NCBI GenBank assembly: GCA_035221665.1
Contig: CM069144.1
Coordinates: forward strand, 55,614,001-55,678,000
DNA: 64,000 nucleotides
Origin: Okamejei kenojei
Taxonomy: Eukaryota
Direction: 5' to 3'
Below, piece after piece: positions 1 through 13,177 of the stretch. Within the stretch, counting starts at the first letter, position 1; each line of letters starts with the position of its first letter. The notes below the pieces were generated by a model. The model did not search any database. It saw only the letters and a program-made list of their open reading frames with translations, and was not told where the DNA came from. A program made the translations under genes and the position numbers.

Positions 1-303
1 CGGAGATTTACGGTAATGGCCGCTCGTCGGTACGCGGGGGTTTCGTGGACATTTTCCATCATGTTGAAAAATCTTCATGAGTCTTCCTGTGCTTACCTGC
101 CGTTAGCGAGTCTTCCCGAGTACCTGCCGTTAGCGTTACAAGCCGCTAAGAGACGTCCCCGAGCACCGACGTACCCGCTACGTTCATTCTCCGTGCTTAC
201 CACGAGTCTGATTTTTTTTAAATCTCAGGAGAGCTCTTGGAATGAACCCGTACCGTGGGACAGGAGAGCTCTTGGAATGAACCTGTACCGTGGGACAAGG
301 CTT
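1..303. mobile_element. PIF/Harbinger-type MITE, truncated by window start; same family as 50297-50617, opposite orientation
   Basis: Reverse complement of most of 50297-50555. Ends in the TIR ...GGAATGAACCTGTACCGTGGGACAAGGCTT; the terminal 35 bp is tandemly duplicated (226-260, 261-295). Confidence 0.85.
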
Positions 304-987
304 ATACTCCAGGTTAAGGCTTGGATACTTAATAAATAGGGAAACAGTGTTGATGAAATGTTATGTAATATATTTTGGTAGGAAGAAAGAGGGATGAAGT
401 TATAAAAACAGAGAGACCTGGAGATATATATATGGACAAGCTTTGGAAGTGATTTAAAAGGCATGTGGGATCCTTGACTTTATAAGTGAAGGCATAATCC
501 ATTAAATCAATGGCGTTATTTTGAAACAGTACAAAAGACTGGTTCATTTGCAACTGGTGTATTGGGCTCCTATCTGGGAAGGTGTGTGTTGCTATCCTCA
601 GATCCGAGAAATTTCTTAGGTGATTTGATAAGATTGCTCAAAATCATGAAATTAATGAGGAAATGATCTCAATGCTACAGGGTCCAGACCCAGATTTAAT
701 GGAATTAGCAAAGGGGCAAACCATTTTCATACAGCAGGCATCTATGATCTAAAATTCAATACCTGGAAAGGTAGCGGAAGCCATTTCTAATTAAAGTTAC
801 AGAAAGGAATCAGAAGTGTTTAAAGGCACTAGACATATGCAATCATCCCACATGAAGAAGAAAAGAAACACGTGAAGAAGAAAAAATATCACAAGATTTT
901 AGGGATAGAATCGGGTAATGGGATCAAATGGGGCAGCCTTGCAGAAACCCAAGCTGGTCTCAATGGGATGTACGATCTTCTTATTTA

Positions 988-1755
988 TGGGCCTGGCCCA
1001 CTAAGGTGATTTTTTCAGGCGACTGCAGGCGACTGTCAAGTCGTAGCAGGTCTCTGATAAACCGACAACTGGAATGGCGCCTGGAAGGGCGACTGTCAGA
1101 GTGGAACACACACACACACACACACATCACTTCCTTCAGCAGCCCATTATGCAGGCGGGAGACAGGGCAAGCGGGAAGAGTGACATTCACATGGTGCAAA
1201 GTCAATGTGATACAGACACACACCACGATGAACAGGGAGGTTGACACTGTAATTAAAATGGTAAAACATAGTGTACGGGAAGGGTCACGTAAATCCTTTA
1301 AAAGGGGGGGGGGGGGAGAGGGGGGAGAAGGAGTGGAGTCAACTTGTAAGAAGCCAGAGATACACGGCTGTGAAGCTCGGTGGACATTAACATTACCGGT
1401 TAGTTATCCTTGGTTCTGAAAACTACTGTTTACTTTTTTATTTCCCAATGAGCCAATGAAATTCACCGGTCAGCACCGGTGACAACCTACGACAACCTAT
1501 GACAACCTGCGGCCTCCTGGCAACCCACTGCCACTGCAACTATGTCATGAGAATTCTTGTCGCCGCTAATTTTTGGATGACATGTTGAAAAATTAGCGGC
1601 GACCAGAATGAAGCCGCGACTAGTTACGAGAATGCGGGAACTACTCACCACCCTGCAGGCATCACCCTGCAACTTCCTGCGAACATGCGGCGACCTTGTG
1701 GCGACCTCATTATCACCTGTAGTCGCCTAAAAAGTCGCATAAGCGGGACAGGTGT
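988..1755. mobile_element. Harbinger-like non-autonomous DNA transposon (second family)
   Basis: Imperfect ~40-bp TIRs: GGGCCTGGCCCACTAAGGTGATTTTTTCAGGCGACT and AGTCGCCTAAAAAGTCGCATAAGCGGGACAGG. TTA precedes the left end. Shares a CCTGTCCC-type terminus and internal CATGTTGAAAAAT with the 50297 family. Confidence 0.7.
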
Positions 1756-3099
1756 TTCTAAGTGCTTTTATAATTTTTGGGATAAATTTCACAAGCTGTG
1801 GCAGTGTCATCATTGTTAGACTTCAAGCAGGGACCATGTACCAACGGGGCTAATAGTGCCCTTCATCCAATGCAACTGGACATAGATCCTGTTTTATAAC
1901 TAATCACCTATTTGAGTTAAAATACCATTTAACTCACTGTGGCACATTCACCCCATTTCCCAATGTATATTCCTGGGGATTAAAGATCTGCCGTGATTTT
2001 GTAATTGACTACTCTGGCACTGACATGCCACGAAACTGCAAATTGGAACCCAGCGACTGCACCCTGTAGTCTGGTGCAGTAATTCGTTTTTCAACACTGA
2101 GCACCTCATTTGTATAAGATACCAAATGATAATACTGCAGTTCGCAAGAAAATTCCATTACGCTATTCACTCGCAATTAAAGCCAGTATCTTGTGCAGTG
2201 CAGAGTGTGATAGCATTGTTGTAAAAAGTGTGTCTATGACCTTGTAACTCACTTCCAACTGCATTGTTTATGAATTATGAAGTGAAGTACAAACAGTTAA
2301 CAATGGCATCACATGCCGTACCAGCCTTTGGATCCTTTACTCTGGACCAGGTCTGCTAGCAGTAGTTCCAGCAAGGTCAAAAGAACACATTTCATTGCTT
2401 TGCATGCTTCATTGAGCCTGCCTCTACACTTGCTTAACAAGCGTACTGACATGGCAGCCAAACGTAAGCGTCTTTTTGACTGTTTTTTCAAAGTTCCTTG
2501 ACAATATCCAAGAGTCTCAGTGACAAGAATTGATTGAAAGTGGCACTGGGCTTTGACATTTCTGTGCACTGACTAGAGCAATTTTCCAAAATTTGGTACA
2601 AATTGTTGCCATCCATTTCTTAATCTCTCACTTTAATATACTGGATTGCCTGGATGTTTCAAAGCAGCTCACATGGCATGGCTGTGTATTGTAAGAGTAA
2701 ATAGAATGTCACTTGTTTTCAGCTGAGCGGAGAGTGTGGGGTGATTGTGTATGTCTAGTACCTTTAAACACACACCAGGTTGGCAGATGTGCCTCATTAG
2801 AAATTACCTGTCAATATTTATCACTGGTGTTTAAGAGACTAGCCTAAGATCATGGGTTCTTTCAATTCAGGGAATCCACAGAACCATTTTAAGTTGACGA
2901 CATGGAAAAAAAAACTATGGATATTTGGAAAATGTTGCGGTGCCTGAAGAGTGCAAATCTTGCCTCCGCAGATAGTGGGCTCTTGGTCCGAATGTGTAAC
3001 TCTTTCAGATATTGGCATTTAAGAGTTTAAGAGAAAGATAGATGCATATAAGTCCTGGGCTTCATTGGACAAATTTATCAAGGAGTCAATCTCACACAC

Positions 3100-3855
3100 A
3101 CACACAAGCTTTTACACATTATTCCAGATTCAGGGACAGTTTCTTCCCAGCTGTTATCAGGCAACTGAACCATCCTATCACCAAATAGACAGCGGTCCTG
3201 ACCTACCATCTAGCTCATTGGGGGACCTCGGACTATCTATAATCTGACTTAACTGGACTTTATCTTGCACTAAACATTATTTCCTTTATACTATATCTGT
3301 ACACTGTGGACGGCTTAAAACTATATACATAAAACGTTTTTGGTTTGCATTGTTTTTACATTTGCGGAAAAATGGTACTGGATAGCGCTACGATTTTTCA
3401 CCACTTAACTCACCATTCGCATGTGCTGCAAGTTCAACAAGGTTTGTTCCAATTGGTGGAATAGTACAAAAGTTATGAAGGTTTAAAAATCGTAAAAAAC
3501 GCCCCTTCCGGCACCCGCTGTCAATCATTGGCGACGAGGAGAATTAAGCTGAAGGAGCGGAGTGAGCAGAGTTTGTTGAGCAAGAGCAGCGTGTGGCGAG
3601 AGTAGCGTGCGGATCGAGCATCGTGCAGAGGGAGCAGCATGCGGGCTGCTTCTGCGGTGACCAGCATGACGAGCCGGGGGCCGCTGAGTGGAACCGGGAG
3701 ACGCAGAGTGAAACCGGAGCCAGACGTGGAGCCGTTGAGTGAGGCCAAAAACTGAAGGTGCGGGGTGAGCAGAGTGTGGGGTGGGCAGAGTGCGAACTGC
3801 GTCTGCACTGTACCTCAGCACATGTGACAATAAACTAAACTACACTAAACTAAAA
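3100..3855 (+). mobile_element. Rex1/Babar-type LINE 3' tail interrupted by an unclassified insert (3318-3805)
   Basis: Tail motifs ACTGGACTTTATCTTGCACTAAAC and CACTGTACCTCAGCACATGTGACAATAAACTAAAC, shared with the copies at ~20200, 24330 and 39700 and with the end of the 5100-6775 element. Confidence 0.65.
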
Positions 3856-4429
3856 CTTTTGTTAAAATTGTTCTCCATTTATTTGAGCTAATAGCTACAA
3901 AAACCTTTCTAATATTGAGGAAATTCTGCATTGCCAGAGGAGTTGACTTTCAGTTGATACATTAGATCAATGTCCCATTTATTTTCTAAATTGGGAGTGA
4001 AAGATCTAAATGCTGTATTCAAGGATCAGGTAAGTCTTCTGGGTACTCTGCAAATTATTTACGCCATTGAAAACGAGTATCAAATCATTAAAACATTGAT
4101 TTCTGTGGGATCCTGCTGTGCCCAAATGGGCTGCATTTTCTCCATTAAAAGGTCACCATTCAAATGTATGTCATTGGCTGTAAGGTGCCTTGAGGTTTTG
4201 AGAAATCTTGGTATTTCCTTTGTGGTGCCAAATTGACACGTTTTTATAAAAGGGGAAAGAGGGTAACATTTCCTGCGCTGAGTTCGACAGGATAATGTTC
4301 CCCAAGGGAAGCTCCTACATTTGTTGTAATTCTCATGGTGGAAACTGAAGTACTCAGATTGAGATCTTAACTTTGGTACGTAGGCACTTCTGGCCTTGAA
4401 CCCAACCTTCCTGGCTGCTACTTCAGGCT

Positions 4430-4900
4430 GAGTTCAGACATGCAGAACCTTGGCATCAGACTCAACCCCAAGTATGATTTCCTTCCCAACTTCACTCCAT
4501 TACCAAGGCGGCTTCCTTTCACTTTGGAAACTCATTCTTTCTCACTGCTGCCAATTTCCTATTCCACATTTTTAATCTCTCAACCCTGGGCTCTTCTGGT
4601 GCCCTCTCTGCAGCCTTAGCCACAGATTACAACTAATTGAAAACTCTTGCTCCATGTCCTCACAGATATGAAAGCCAGCTAGCACACAATTGTTGTTCCT
4701 GCCAAGATTTGATCATTTCCCATGCCACAGTAATTAATTCCAAGATCCTCGCCAATGAACACCTCCGAGGTCATGCCATCCACCTCCGTAATCTCATCCA
4801 GCCCTATGTCCCCACGCACACTCTGCATTCCTCCGGCAGTAGTTGAACATTGCACCGCTGGCAGCAACTCTTTAGCCGTCCTTGTTGTGGAGCCAAATGA
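4430..4900 (+). mobile_element. Old L2 LINE fragment
   Basis: Degenerate L2 ORF2 C-terminal motifs (ITKAASFH; HLRNLIQPYVPTHTLHSS in ORF 4637-4846). Confidence 0.55.
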
Positions 4901-5099
4901 GAAGCCATTTGGCCCATTGCTTCAGTGCTGGTCAAAGAAAGAGCAAACCAGTGTAATCCCATCTCCCAGCATTCCTTTCTGTGGCCTTCATTCTTTAAAG
5001 GCATGTCCAATTACCTCTCACATGTGATGAGGAGTTTTGCCCATTATTCGTGCAGGCAGTCATTTCTGCACCGCTCTATGAATAAAATAAAGTGCTATC

Positions 5100-6775
5100 C
5101 TCTTCTATAGGCACGAGTCTGGTGATGCTTCACATTAGTTCCAGCCTCCCGGATAGGCATGATCTACTGCAGTTTGCCCGCCATCGCAACAGGTCCAAGG
5201 CATATGCCATCTCCCTGACCCCACACTTATCGTTGCAACTGGACAAGCTAGATGCAATAAAAAATTTCCCAGCGTTGGACGAGTCCAGAACCAGGGGCCA
5301 CAGTCTTAGAATAAAGGGGAAAGCATTTAAGACTGAGGTGAGAAAAAACTTTTTCACCCAGAGATTTGTGAATTTGTGGAATTCCCTGCCACAGAGGGCA
5401 GTGGAGGCCAAGTCACTGGATGGATTTAAGAGACAGTTAGATAGAGCTATAGCGGCTAGTGGAGTCAAGGGATATGGGGAGAAGGCAGGCAGGGGTTATT
5501 GATTGGGGACGATCAGCCATGATCACAATGAATGGCGGTGCTGGCTCGAAGGGCCGAATGGCCTCCTCCTGCCCCTATTTTCTATGTTTCTATGTTTCTA
5601 TGTTTCTATGTAATATCTACATTGCAAGGATGTCTACATCAGACTCTTATTTATTCACCATAGCTCCAATTTCAACACCATCATCCCAAACAAAATAATT
5701 TACAAACTCCTGGACCTAATGGTTAGTATCCCATCTGCCACTGAATCCTTGACTCCCTGACCCATGGACTACACTCAATGAGGATATCTACAAAACATCC
5801 TACGCAATGATTCTCAACACTGTGTCCCACAACAAAGTGTTTTCAACCTCTAACTATATGCCCTATGTACTCATGATAGTGTGGCCGAATTCTGCTCTAA
5901 TTCCATTTACAAATGTGCTGATGACGCAGCGGTAGTGGGCGGAATCTCGAATAATTAATGGGACAAAGTACGGGCAGGAGATAGAAAACTTAGTAACATG
6001 GTGTCAGGGTAACCTCACCCCCAATATAAGCAAGATGAAGGAGCTAGTTATTAACTTCAGGAACAGAGATGGCGTGCATGCCCCAATCTCCAAAGTGGAG
6101 AAGGTCAAGAGCTTCAAGTTCCTAGGTATAAATATCACCAACAATTTGTCTTGGACCAAGCACAGCTGCAGCCAAGAAAACCCACCAATGCCTCTTTTGT
6201 TGCTGGACTAATGAACGTCAGCATGTCTCCAATGAAGCTTACCAATTTCTGCAGATGCATCGTAGAAAGCATCCTGTCGGGATGAATCACAGTTTGGTTT
6301 GGCAACCGCTCTCCGCGAGACCGCAAGCAATGCAGAGAGTTGTAGATGTAGCCCAGTTCATCACACAGATCAGCTTCCCCACCATCGACTCCATCTACAT
6401 GCTGTCTCAGGAAAGTAGCCAACATAAGCAAAGGATCTTTTTCACCCGGTTCATTCCCCCTTTTTCCCTCTCCTATTGGCCAGAAGGTACAAAATCTTGA
6501 ATGCTCCTATCACCAGATTCAGAAAAATCTTCCCCCACAGTTATCAGACCACTGAATGGTCGTCCCATAAGCCAGGTATAGCTTCCAACCTACCCTATTG
6601 TGAACTTTTTTTCTGCACTGTAACACTGTGATTTTATAACACTACATTCTGCATGCTGGCATTTTCTCTTTGCACCACGTGTTGTATGTTGTAGGTCTTG
6701 ATTGTACTTATGTTTCGTATGTTTTGACTGAATAGCACACAAACTAAGCTTATCACTGTATCTCCATATGCAGCT
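5100..6775 (+). mobile_element. Decayed Rex1/Babar LINE (RT and 3' end) with a nested CR1 piece
   Basis: Frameshifted RT motifs typical of Rex1/Babar: LPDRHDLLQFA..RNRS, LLFI..SS.FNTIIP, LCTHDSVAEFCSNSIYKCADDAAVVG, RQEIENLVTWCQ. Tail ends GCTTATCACTGTATCTC. Confidence 0.8.
5237..5612 (+). mobile_element. Young CR1 (HER1-like) LINE 3' fragment
   Basis: LDKLDA...ESRTRGHSLRIKG...NFFTQRFVNLWNSLPQRAVEAKSLDGFKRQLD, then the CR1 3'UTR and a (TTTCTATG)n tail. Confidence 0.95.
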
Positions 6776-6821
6776 TTTAAACAGATTTAAAATAAAATAG
6801 GTATTATTGGTGTTTGTATTG

Positions 6822-6912
6822 GTCTCAACAAGGGTTCCGACCCGAATAGTTGCCTATCCATGCTCTCCAGGGATGCTGCATGACCCGTTGAGTTACTCCA
6901 GCAACTTGTGCC
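6822..6912 (+). mobile_element. Penelope-derived pseudo-LTR fragment (degenerate)
   Basis: AAGGGTTCCGACCCGAA...CTCCAGGGATGCTGCATGACCCGTTGAGTTACTCCAGC matches the repeat family linked to the GIY-YIG C-terminus at 55845-56167. Confidence 0.75.
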
Positions 6913-7114
6913 CGTTATTGGTTTATTATTGCATAATAATGATAATCGCATATCAATGAATTATGTACTTTATTTTACATCTATGTTCCTTATGCCCCAC
7001 CTATGAAGGAAAGTAGGTCCTTTTTTTTAAATCTATTCTATCTAGCTCCCTCATGATTTTCAAACACCTCAATTAAGATCTTCCTTAGGTTCAAAGAAAG
7101 CAACTTTAGCGAAA

Positions 7115-7255
7115 AATATAAAAAGAACATGCTGTAAGCACTCTGCCTGTCAGACAACATCTGTGCAAGGAGAAACAGTTAATGAGTCAGATCCCAAGCT
7201 TTTCTTTTCAGAGCTGTTTTTATTTCAGATTTGCAGCATCTGCAGATTTTTTGAA
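7115..7255. mobile_element. Older Penelope-type inverted piece plus tail
   Basis: ATGCTGTAAGCACTCTGCCTGTCAGACAACATCTGTG...TTTATTTCAGATTTGCAGCATCTGCAG; same layout as the younger copies. Confidence 0.5.
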
Positions 7256-10200
7256 ATTTTCAATCCTTTGTATTCAATGTTTTCTTGGCAGTCTGCAGTT
7301 TTTCAACCCTGTCAACATCCTGGTAGATTCTTTCCTCACTCTTACATGTGAAAATACATCTGTCCTGTAATATGGTGACTGGACGTCTCTTTACACTAGC
7401 TGGATTTTAATCTGGTACATCCTCCAGAGTCTTATAGTCTGCGCCTCAGCTAATAAAGGAAGGGACTCCTTGAGTGACACTGTGCAAATAATTTGGAATT
7501 CAGTGACCATTTTTTTGATATGGCCAATTGTATGCTTTTGCAAAGGGGATATATTTAATGATCATTTTGACTTATTTAACCAAATGGTGATCTTTAATGC
7601 CCTCATCGTACAATTTAGCTCATCCTCTTCCTTCCTTGAGCGATCTTTCTTTGCAATAGCCTTGCGCAAATTCCTTTTACTCCAACCACTTTGTGGAGAA
7701 ATGTGAATTGGTCACTGTGTGCTTGTCCTTCATAAGTCTGATGTATCTTTAAGATCAGAAATCACAGTACTGGTGAAATTACAAACGTAACTGCTTTTTA
7801 TGGATGCTGGTATTAGTTATGCACATGGTTTGAGTGAGATGATGTATCCAATGCTGATGCATCTTAATCGCAAAGTTTTGTCATATTAAAACAGGGCTTT
7901 CAATTTCCATTTTGCATCGAGTGCAGAATTCTGGCATTTTTGCTGTGCACAGAATCATTATCTTGCCTATTGGGAAATATTTTGTGACTACCCACTCTTA
8001 TTTGAAAAAATAGCTATTTCCACCATGAGAGAGAGAGGAGGCTTTTGATTGAACTCTGATCCCAGAGGTGAGAGAAAAATCTTCTAAATTATTTGCCACG
8101 CAGCCTCCTGCCAGAGAGGCGACTTTCATCCCATTAAACTGGACTTGATTTAAACACAGGTATCAGAGGTGAGAGATCGGTATTTTAAATCATCGTCTCG
8201 TCGGCCCTCCGTGGAACTAGACGGTATGAGTCTTGGCAATGAATTCATGGAGCCATGCCATTTCCAAAGATTGGGTTGGTAATTTTTACCTTTGTGACTT
8301 TTATCCCACTGGTCTGGAAGATGGAGCATAGGTTGCTTGATTTTGTTTGTAGAGCCAGACACTTTCAAGCACATTGGGCTGATGTCTGTCTGCCTCCACC
8401 ATCACACCTTTACAATTTCTTTCACAAATCCCCAACATTTTGTGCGGTAACTGGTCAATACATTTGGCTAGAATTAATAGTTTTATTTTAATGAAGAAAA
8501 TTAAATTCACGTTGTGTCTGTATATTAAAAGTTGGAAACGGCTTTAGTGCTTTAGGGGTTAAATACATTACAAACCAGCTACGCTATTAAATATTGATAA
8601 AGGGAAAATCTGATCTGTCGAGATTTCAAAATAATTCAATAAATACATTTTATTTACTTACCTGCAAGACAGAGCAGGCGCTTTTTACAATAAAAATTTG
8701 CCCATAAAATATTTTTAAGTATTGGCAGCTGTGTATGTTGCTTGTTAATAACTATTGAAGCATCTGTTAGGAATAGTTAACTTTTTTTTTTACACATTCT
8801 TGTCCAACATGCCTGGAGCAGAATCTACTGATGGTGCAGTCTCTGTAGACTGGGGCAGACACATAAGATGGGGACAGAAAGGGAAAGGTTGGAGAGAAAG
8901 AGAGAATGGGAGAATGAGGATGGAGAAATTAGTAATGAGTGAAAGGTCAGGATTAATGAAGATATAAGGGAGATAAAAGGAATCAAGTATATATTTGTTC
9001 AGGATTTTTTGCCGGTTGCTAGGACTTTGAGGTAAAATAACTAAATTGAAGTAAAATGACTAATATTAGGTAAAATGACTGTGGTTCAAAGTAATAAAAA
9101 AAATTCCCGTCCTCATTCTTGCAAATTTTCTATGTTAACCTATTCATATTTTGTCAAATCTCTCTCACAGTCCTGAAAGGATATTTTAAATGTCTCCTCG
9201 CCTACTTGCTGCCTTCTCTAAAAATTTGCAAACTGCATCATCTGTATATGGAGGCATATTAGTTAGAGTGGGTACAAAATAAGCAAAAAATCAAAGCATC
9301 GACTGTGGGAATAACACCAAAGCAAAAATCCATTAATATTAAAGGAGGTGACTATTCACTCCTACAAATGGACAAATCACTTTGTTGTGTCAGCCTTTTT
9401 TGTCCCTAACTGCATTGAGTCATTAATATTTCCACCTTACAAATTGCTCAGTGTTATTAAATATCATTTTGCTTGAGTTTGTAGTGCAGCTTTCATGGCA
9501 ATCGATAAGCGAACCAATGCAGATATATTTTATTTCTTTAAATACTTTCCCTTGCACTACATTATTCCTCCTGCTCTCCAGGGCTTCCCACCCATGTCGC
9601 GCCTGGCTTCATGTACCGAGTGTAAAATTGGTTGAATAATCTTTTCCCACACCTTCATCTACACCTTTTGCCACTGGCTATTAAATAGAGGGCGATGTTC
9701 CTCTCTTCAGGAAACAAAACCGTAATGGCTCCTCTACTCTTTTTTAATGGGGAGTAAGATTGCCTTCCTGGTCTTTCTGGTAATTTTAACCATATTTTGC
9801 CTTTCACATGAATAACTGCCTATGTGCAGACATTTTATGTTCTTGGGCAGACGGGTATACCCTATACCTGTATTAGTTTTTGTTTCCCCACAAGATATTT
9901 ATTATACTACACTCCGATGATATAAAAGAAACTCTGTCTAATCTGACAGCATGTCAAAGACAGCAGGGCGATTCATACAAGTGTGCTGCCTGACACTGGA
10001 TTTCTATCTGTTTGCTGTTGCGTTTTGCAACAATTTATTAATGAAAACCAGGTTTCCTCTGCGAGAAAAGGCCCCTGTTTTTTTCTGTGGAAATTATATA
10101 TTTTACAAAAGCCAGCCAGTTCACAGCGGCACTGGAAAAGGCTTCCAGACAGGCTGCCTAGCCATCTTTCTGGCCATGGAATCATGGTGTGAGATGACGA

Positions 10201-11778
10201 ATTGTGGTAAGGGGCAGATGATGGGTAAAAGGGAGGCAAGAGCCCCTTAGACCTGAGTCCTGGGCACTTTGTTGCAAAACTCAACTAAAACTAAACTAAA
10301 TTGTTTTTATAATGAATTGTGATTGAACAGTTCAGATGATGTCATTAAATGGTTTATGGACATCAAGCAGAACCCCTGGGATTGGAATAGTACGGTCTTA
10401 AACCCAGTAACAGGCATCTGCTGCTCTTTATTACGTATAGTCTGACATTTATTTAAAAAATAAAATTTGTTTTGGTATTTTTATATTGTAATGTGTAGGT
10501 GTGTTAACCATGCCAGATGCAATGTAGAGCACACTTGGGTGAAATGCTAATAAAATAAGTGATGTAGGAACTTGAAATATGGTATCATACAGCTGGTATC
10601 CATATACTGCTCCTTGTGCATGTGTGTGTTACAGTATATAAATGTATGTGCACTTTAAATTATTAAAGTACAACCTCTTGCATAACATGTTGTGCATTTG
10701 TTTTCATTGGGAAAGGCCAGCATTTATTACCCTTCACTAATTGTCCACCTCTTTGAAATGCTGGAGTCTGGGTCCTTGTGTTGGATTCATATGAATGACC
10801 CAGATCATATGAATGACCCAGAGATGTAAGGCGGGAGATGAAAGAGAATGGATGGGTCTGCAGTGTTCAAAGTTTGTGGACAACTCAGGTAAAATGAGAA
10901 GGGACGCTACAGTGAGCTTTCAGTTTCTTCAGAGGTTTTAGCCCGAAAATCCACTGTGCTCTGGACACGGCAGTAATCGGATAAAAAAAAGGGGATTAAT
11001 AAGAGACGACTTCAATTATCCAGCGACTTTTTCATCCCTCAGCCGATTTAGTATTTTGAACAGCACCCACCCTTGTAATAAAGGAACATGGAAATCAAGT
11101 TATAAATTTATGCACTCCAAAGATTTTTGCTTAGTATTGGCATTTGAAGAACTGCAATGGATATTTCTTAATATTTAGGATAATTGAGGATATTTGGCTG
11201 TGAAGTTTCTGCCTTCTTTATTCAATTTCTGGCGTTGGTGACGAGGGCCCTATTTATTGGCAATCTGTAAATACCCTTGAGAGGTTGATGGTGAGCTACC
11301 ACCTTGATCCACTGCTCTTCCTCAGCTTCATTTAGAGTTTCAGGATTTAGACCCAGTGATGTGGAGGGAACAGCAAGATATTTCCACCTCAGCACACCCT
11401 GATATTCGGGGAGGAATCTGCTGTGGATGTGATTCCTCGCCATTTGCTGCCATGTTCTTCTTCAAGGTAGAGGTTGTGAGTTTGAGAGGTGCTGTCGGTG
11501 AAGTCTAGACGAATAACTGCAATGCAGCCAAGCTGCACCAACGCTTGAGGGAATGAAAGTTTAGTGTTTTGGACAGGCTGACAGTCTGGTGTGCTGTTTT
11601 GCCCCATATGTGGCGAGCTTTTTGAGTGTTTGTTGGAGTGACATTAATTCAGGCGTATAAAAAATGTTCCCTCACAGTCCTGGTGGAATGGCATAGTGTT
11701 GTGAGGAGGTGGAGCACACTCCAGGTAGGAGATTTAGCTTCTCCTCTGCTCCTGTAGCCACGACATTCATGTAATAAA

Positions 11779-12007
11779 AAGGAAATGCAGACGCTGGTCT
11801 ATTCCAAAGCTAGACACAAAACGCTAGAGTAACTCTCAGTGGGCCAGGCAGCATCTCTGGAGAAAATGGAGAAGTGACGTTTCGGGGTAGGGACTCTTCT
11901 TCAGACTAATCAGTCTGAAGAAGGGTCCCGACCCGAAGATTCACCTATCCATTTTCTCCAGAGATGCTGCCTGACCCACTGAGTTAGTCCAGCATTTTGA
12001 GTCTATC
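11779..12007. mobile_element. Penelope pseudo-LTR inverted pair (hairpin) with two degenerate hammerhead motifs
   Basis: Arms meet at CTTCAGACTAATCAGTCTGAAG. Possible degenerate TSD CACGACATTCAT / CACAGCATTCAT. Confidence 0.85.
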
Positions 12008-12194
12008 ACAGCATTCATCCGTCTGAATTGGTTCAGATTCTGATTAATGGTGACCACATTGAAGTTTCTCATAGAGGACTTGTCAGTGGTAATGCCAATA
12101 AATGTATGAAAGGTAGATGTTTAGAGACTCTCTTGTCAGAGATGGTGAATGCTTGGCACTTGTGCAGAGCAATTATTACTTGTCCCTTATCACA

Positions 12195-12790
12195 GGTTCA
12201 CAAGTTATAGGAGTAGAATTAGGCTATTCGGCCCATCAAGTCTACCCCACCATTCAATCATGGCTGATCTCTGGCTCCTAATACCATTTTCCTACCTTCT
12301 CCCCATAACCCTTGACACCCGTTCTAATCAAGAATATGTCTATCTCTGCCTTAAAAATATCCACTGACTTGACCTCCACTGCCTTCTGTGGCAATGAGTT
12401 TCACAAAAAAAGACTAAAGAAGTTCCTCCTCATCTCTTTTCAAAAAGAGCACCCTTTAATTCTGAGGCAATGACCTCTACTCCTAGACTTCCACTGGTGG
12501 AAACATCCTTTCCATATCCACTCTATCTCTGCCTTTCATTATTCTGTAAGTTTCAATGAGGTTCCGCCTCAACCTTCTAAACTCCAGAGAGCAGAGGGCC
12601 AGTGCTGTCAAACACTCATCAAATGCTAACCCACTCATTCCTGGAATCATTCTTGTAAACCTCCTCTGGACCCTCTCCAGAGCCAGCACATCCTTCCTCA
12701 GATATGGGGCCAAATTTTCTCACAGTAATATGACAGATATGGGGCCCAAATATGGCCTGACCAGCACCTTATGGAGCCTCAGCATTACAT
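12195..12790 (-). mobile_element. CR1 LINE 3' fragment
   Basis: ORF 12483-12713 APYLRKDVLALERVQRRFTRMIPGM...LEFRRLR.NLIETYRIMKG, plus CR1 3'UTR. Confidence 0.9.
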
Positions 12791-13177
12791 TATATCAGGC
12801 CTGTATACTGTCTTGACCTTGCTACATGTTGGCTTGGATGGCTTTATATTTTGAGGAGTTGTAAATGGAATTGAAGTTTATGCAATCACCAGAGAGCATC
12901 CTTACTGTTGACCTGATGGACAGAAGACCATTAAAACATTTGAAGACCATTGGATCTAGGACACTACTCTGCAGAATGTGTGCAGCAATTCCTGGAGTTT
13001 TGTCCTCCACTTCCGGTTGAATATATCTGCAGTTGTTTTCCCCTTTTATTTGGCCTTCATATGTCCGGCTCTGCTCAATCAGGATGGGAATATTTCTTCA
13101 GACCTCTCCAATTTTTAATCATTGGCTTGACCATTGGCATTCATAATTAGATATGACGTGGTCTGTGATCTGATCCA

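Noticed and set aside
16-339. 107-aa ORF with a homolog at 50354-50539
   Set aside because: Both lie inside copies of the same non-coding MITE; the similarity reflects the repeat, not a gene.
10787-10822. 18-bp perfect tandem duplication TCATATGAATGACCCAGA
   Set aside because: Only two units with no spacer; simple slippage or repair duplication, not a CRISPR or other array.
11779-12007. Long hairpins as miRNA precursors or true MITEs
   Set aside because: The arms are Penelope pseudo-LTR sequence, linked to GIY-YIG coding at 55845-56167 and carrying long variable TSDs.
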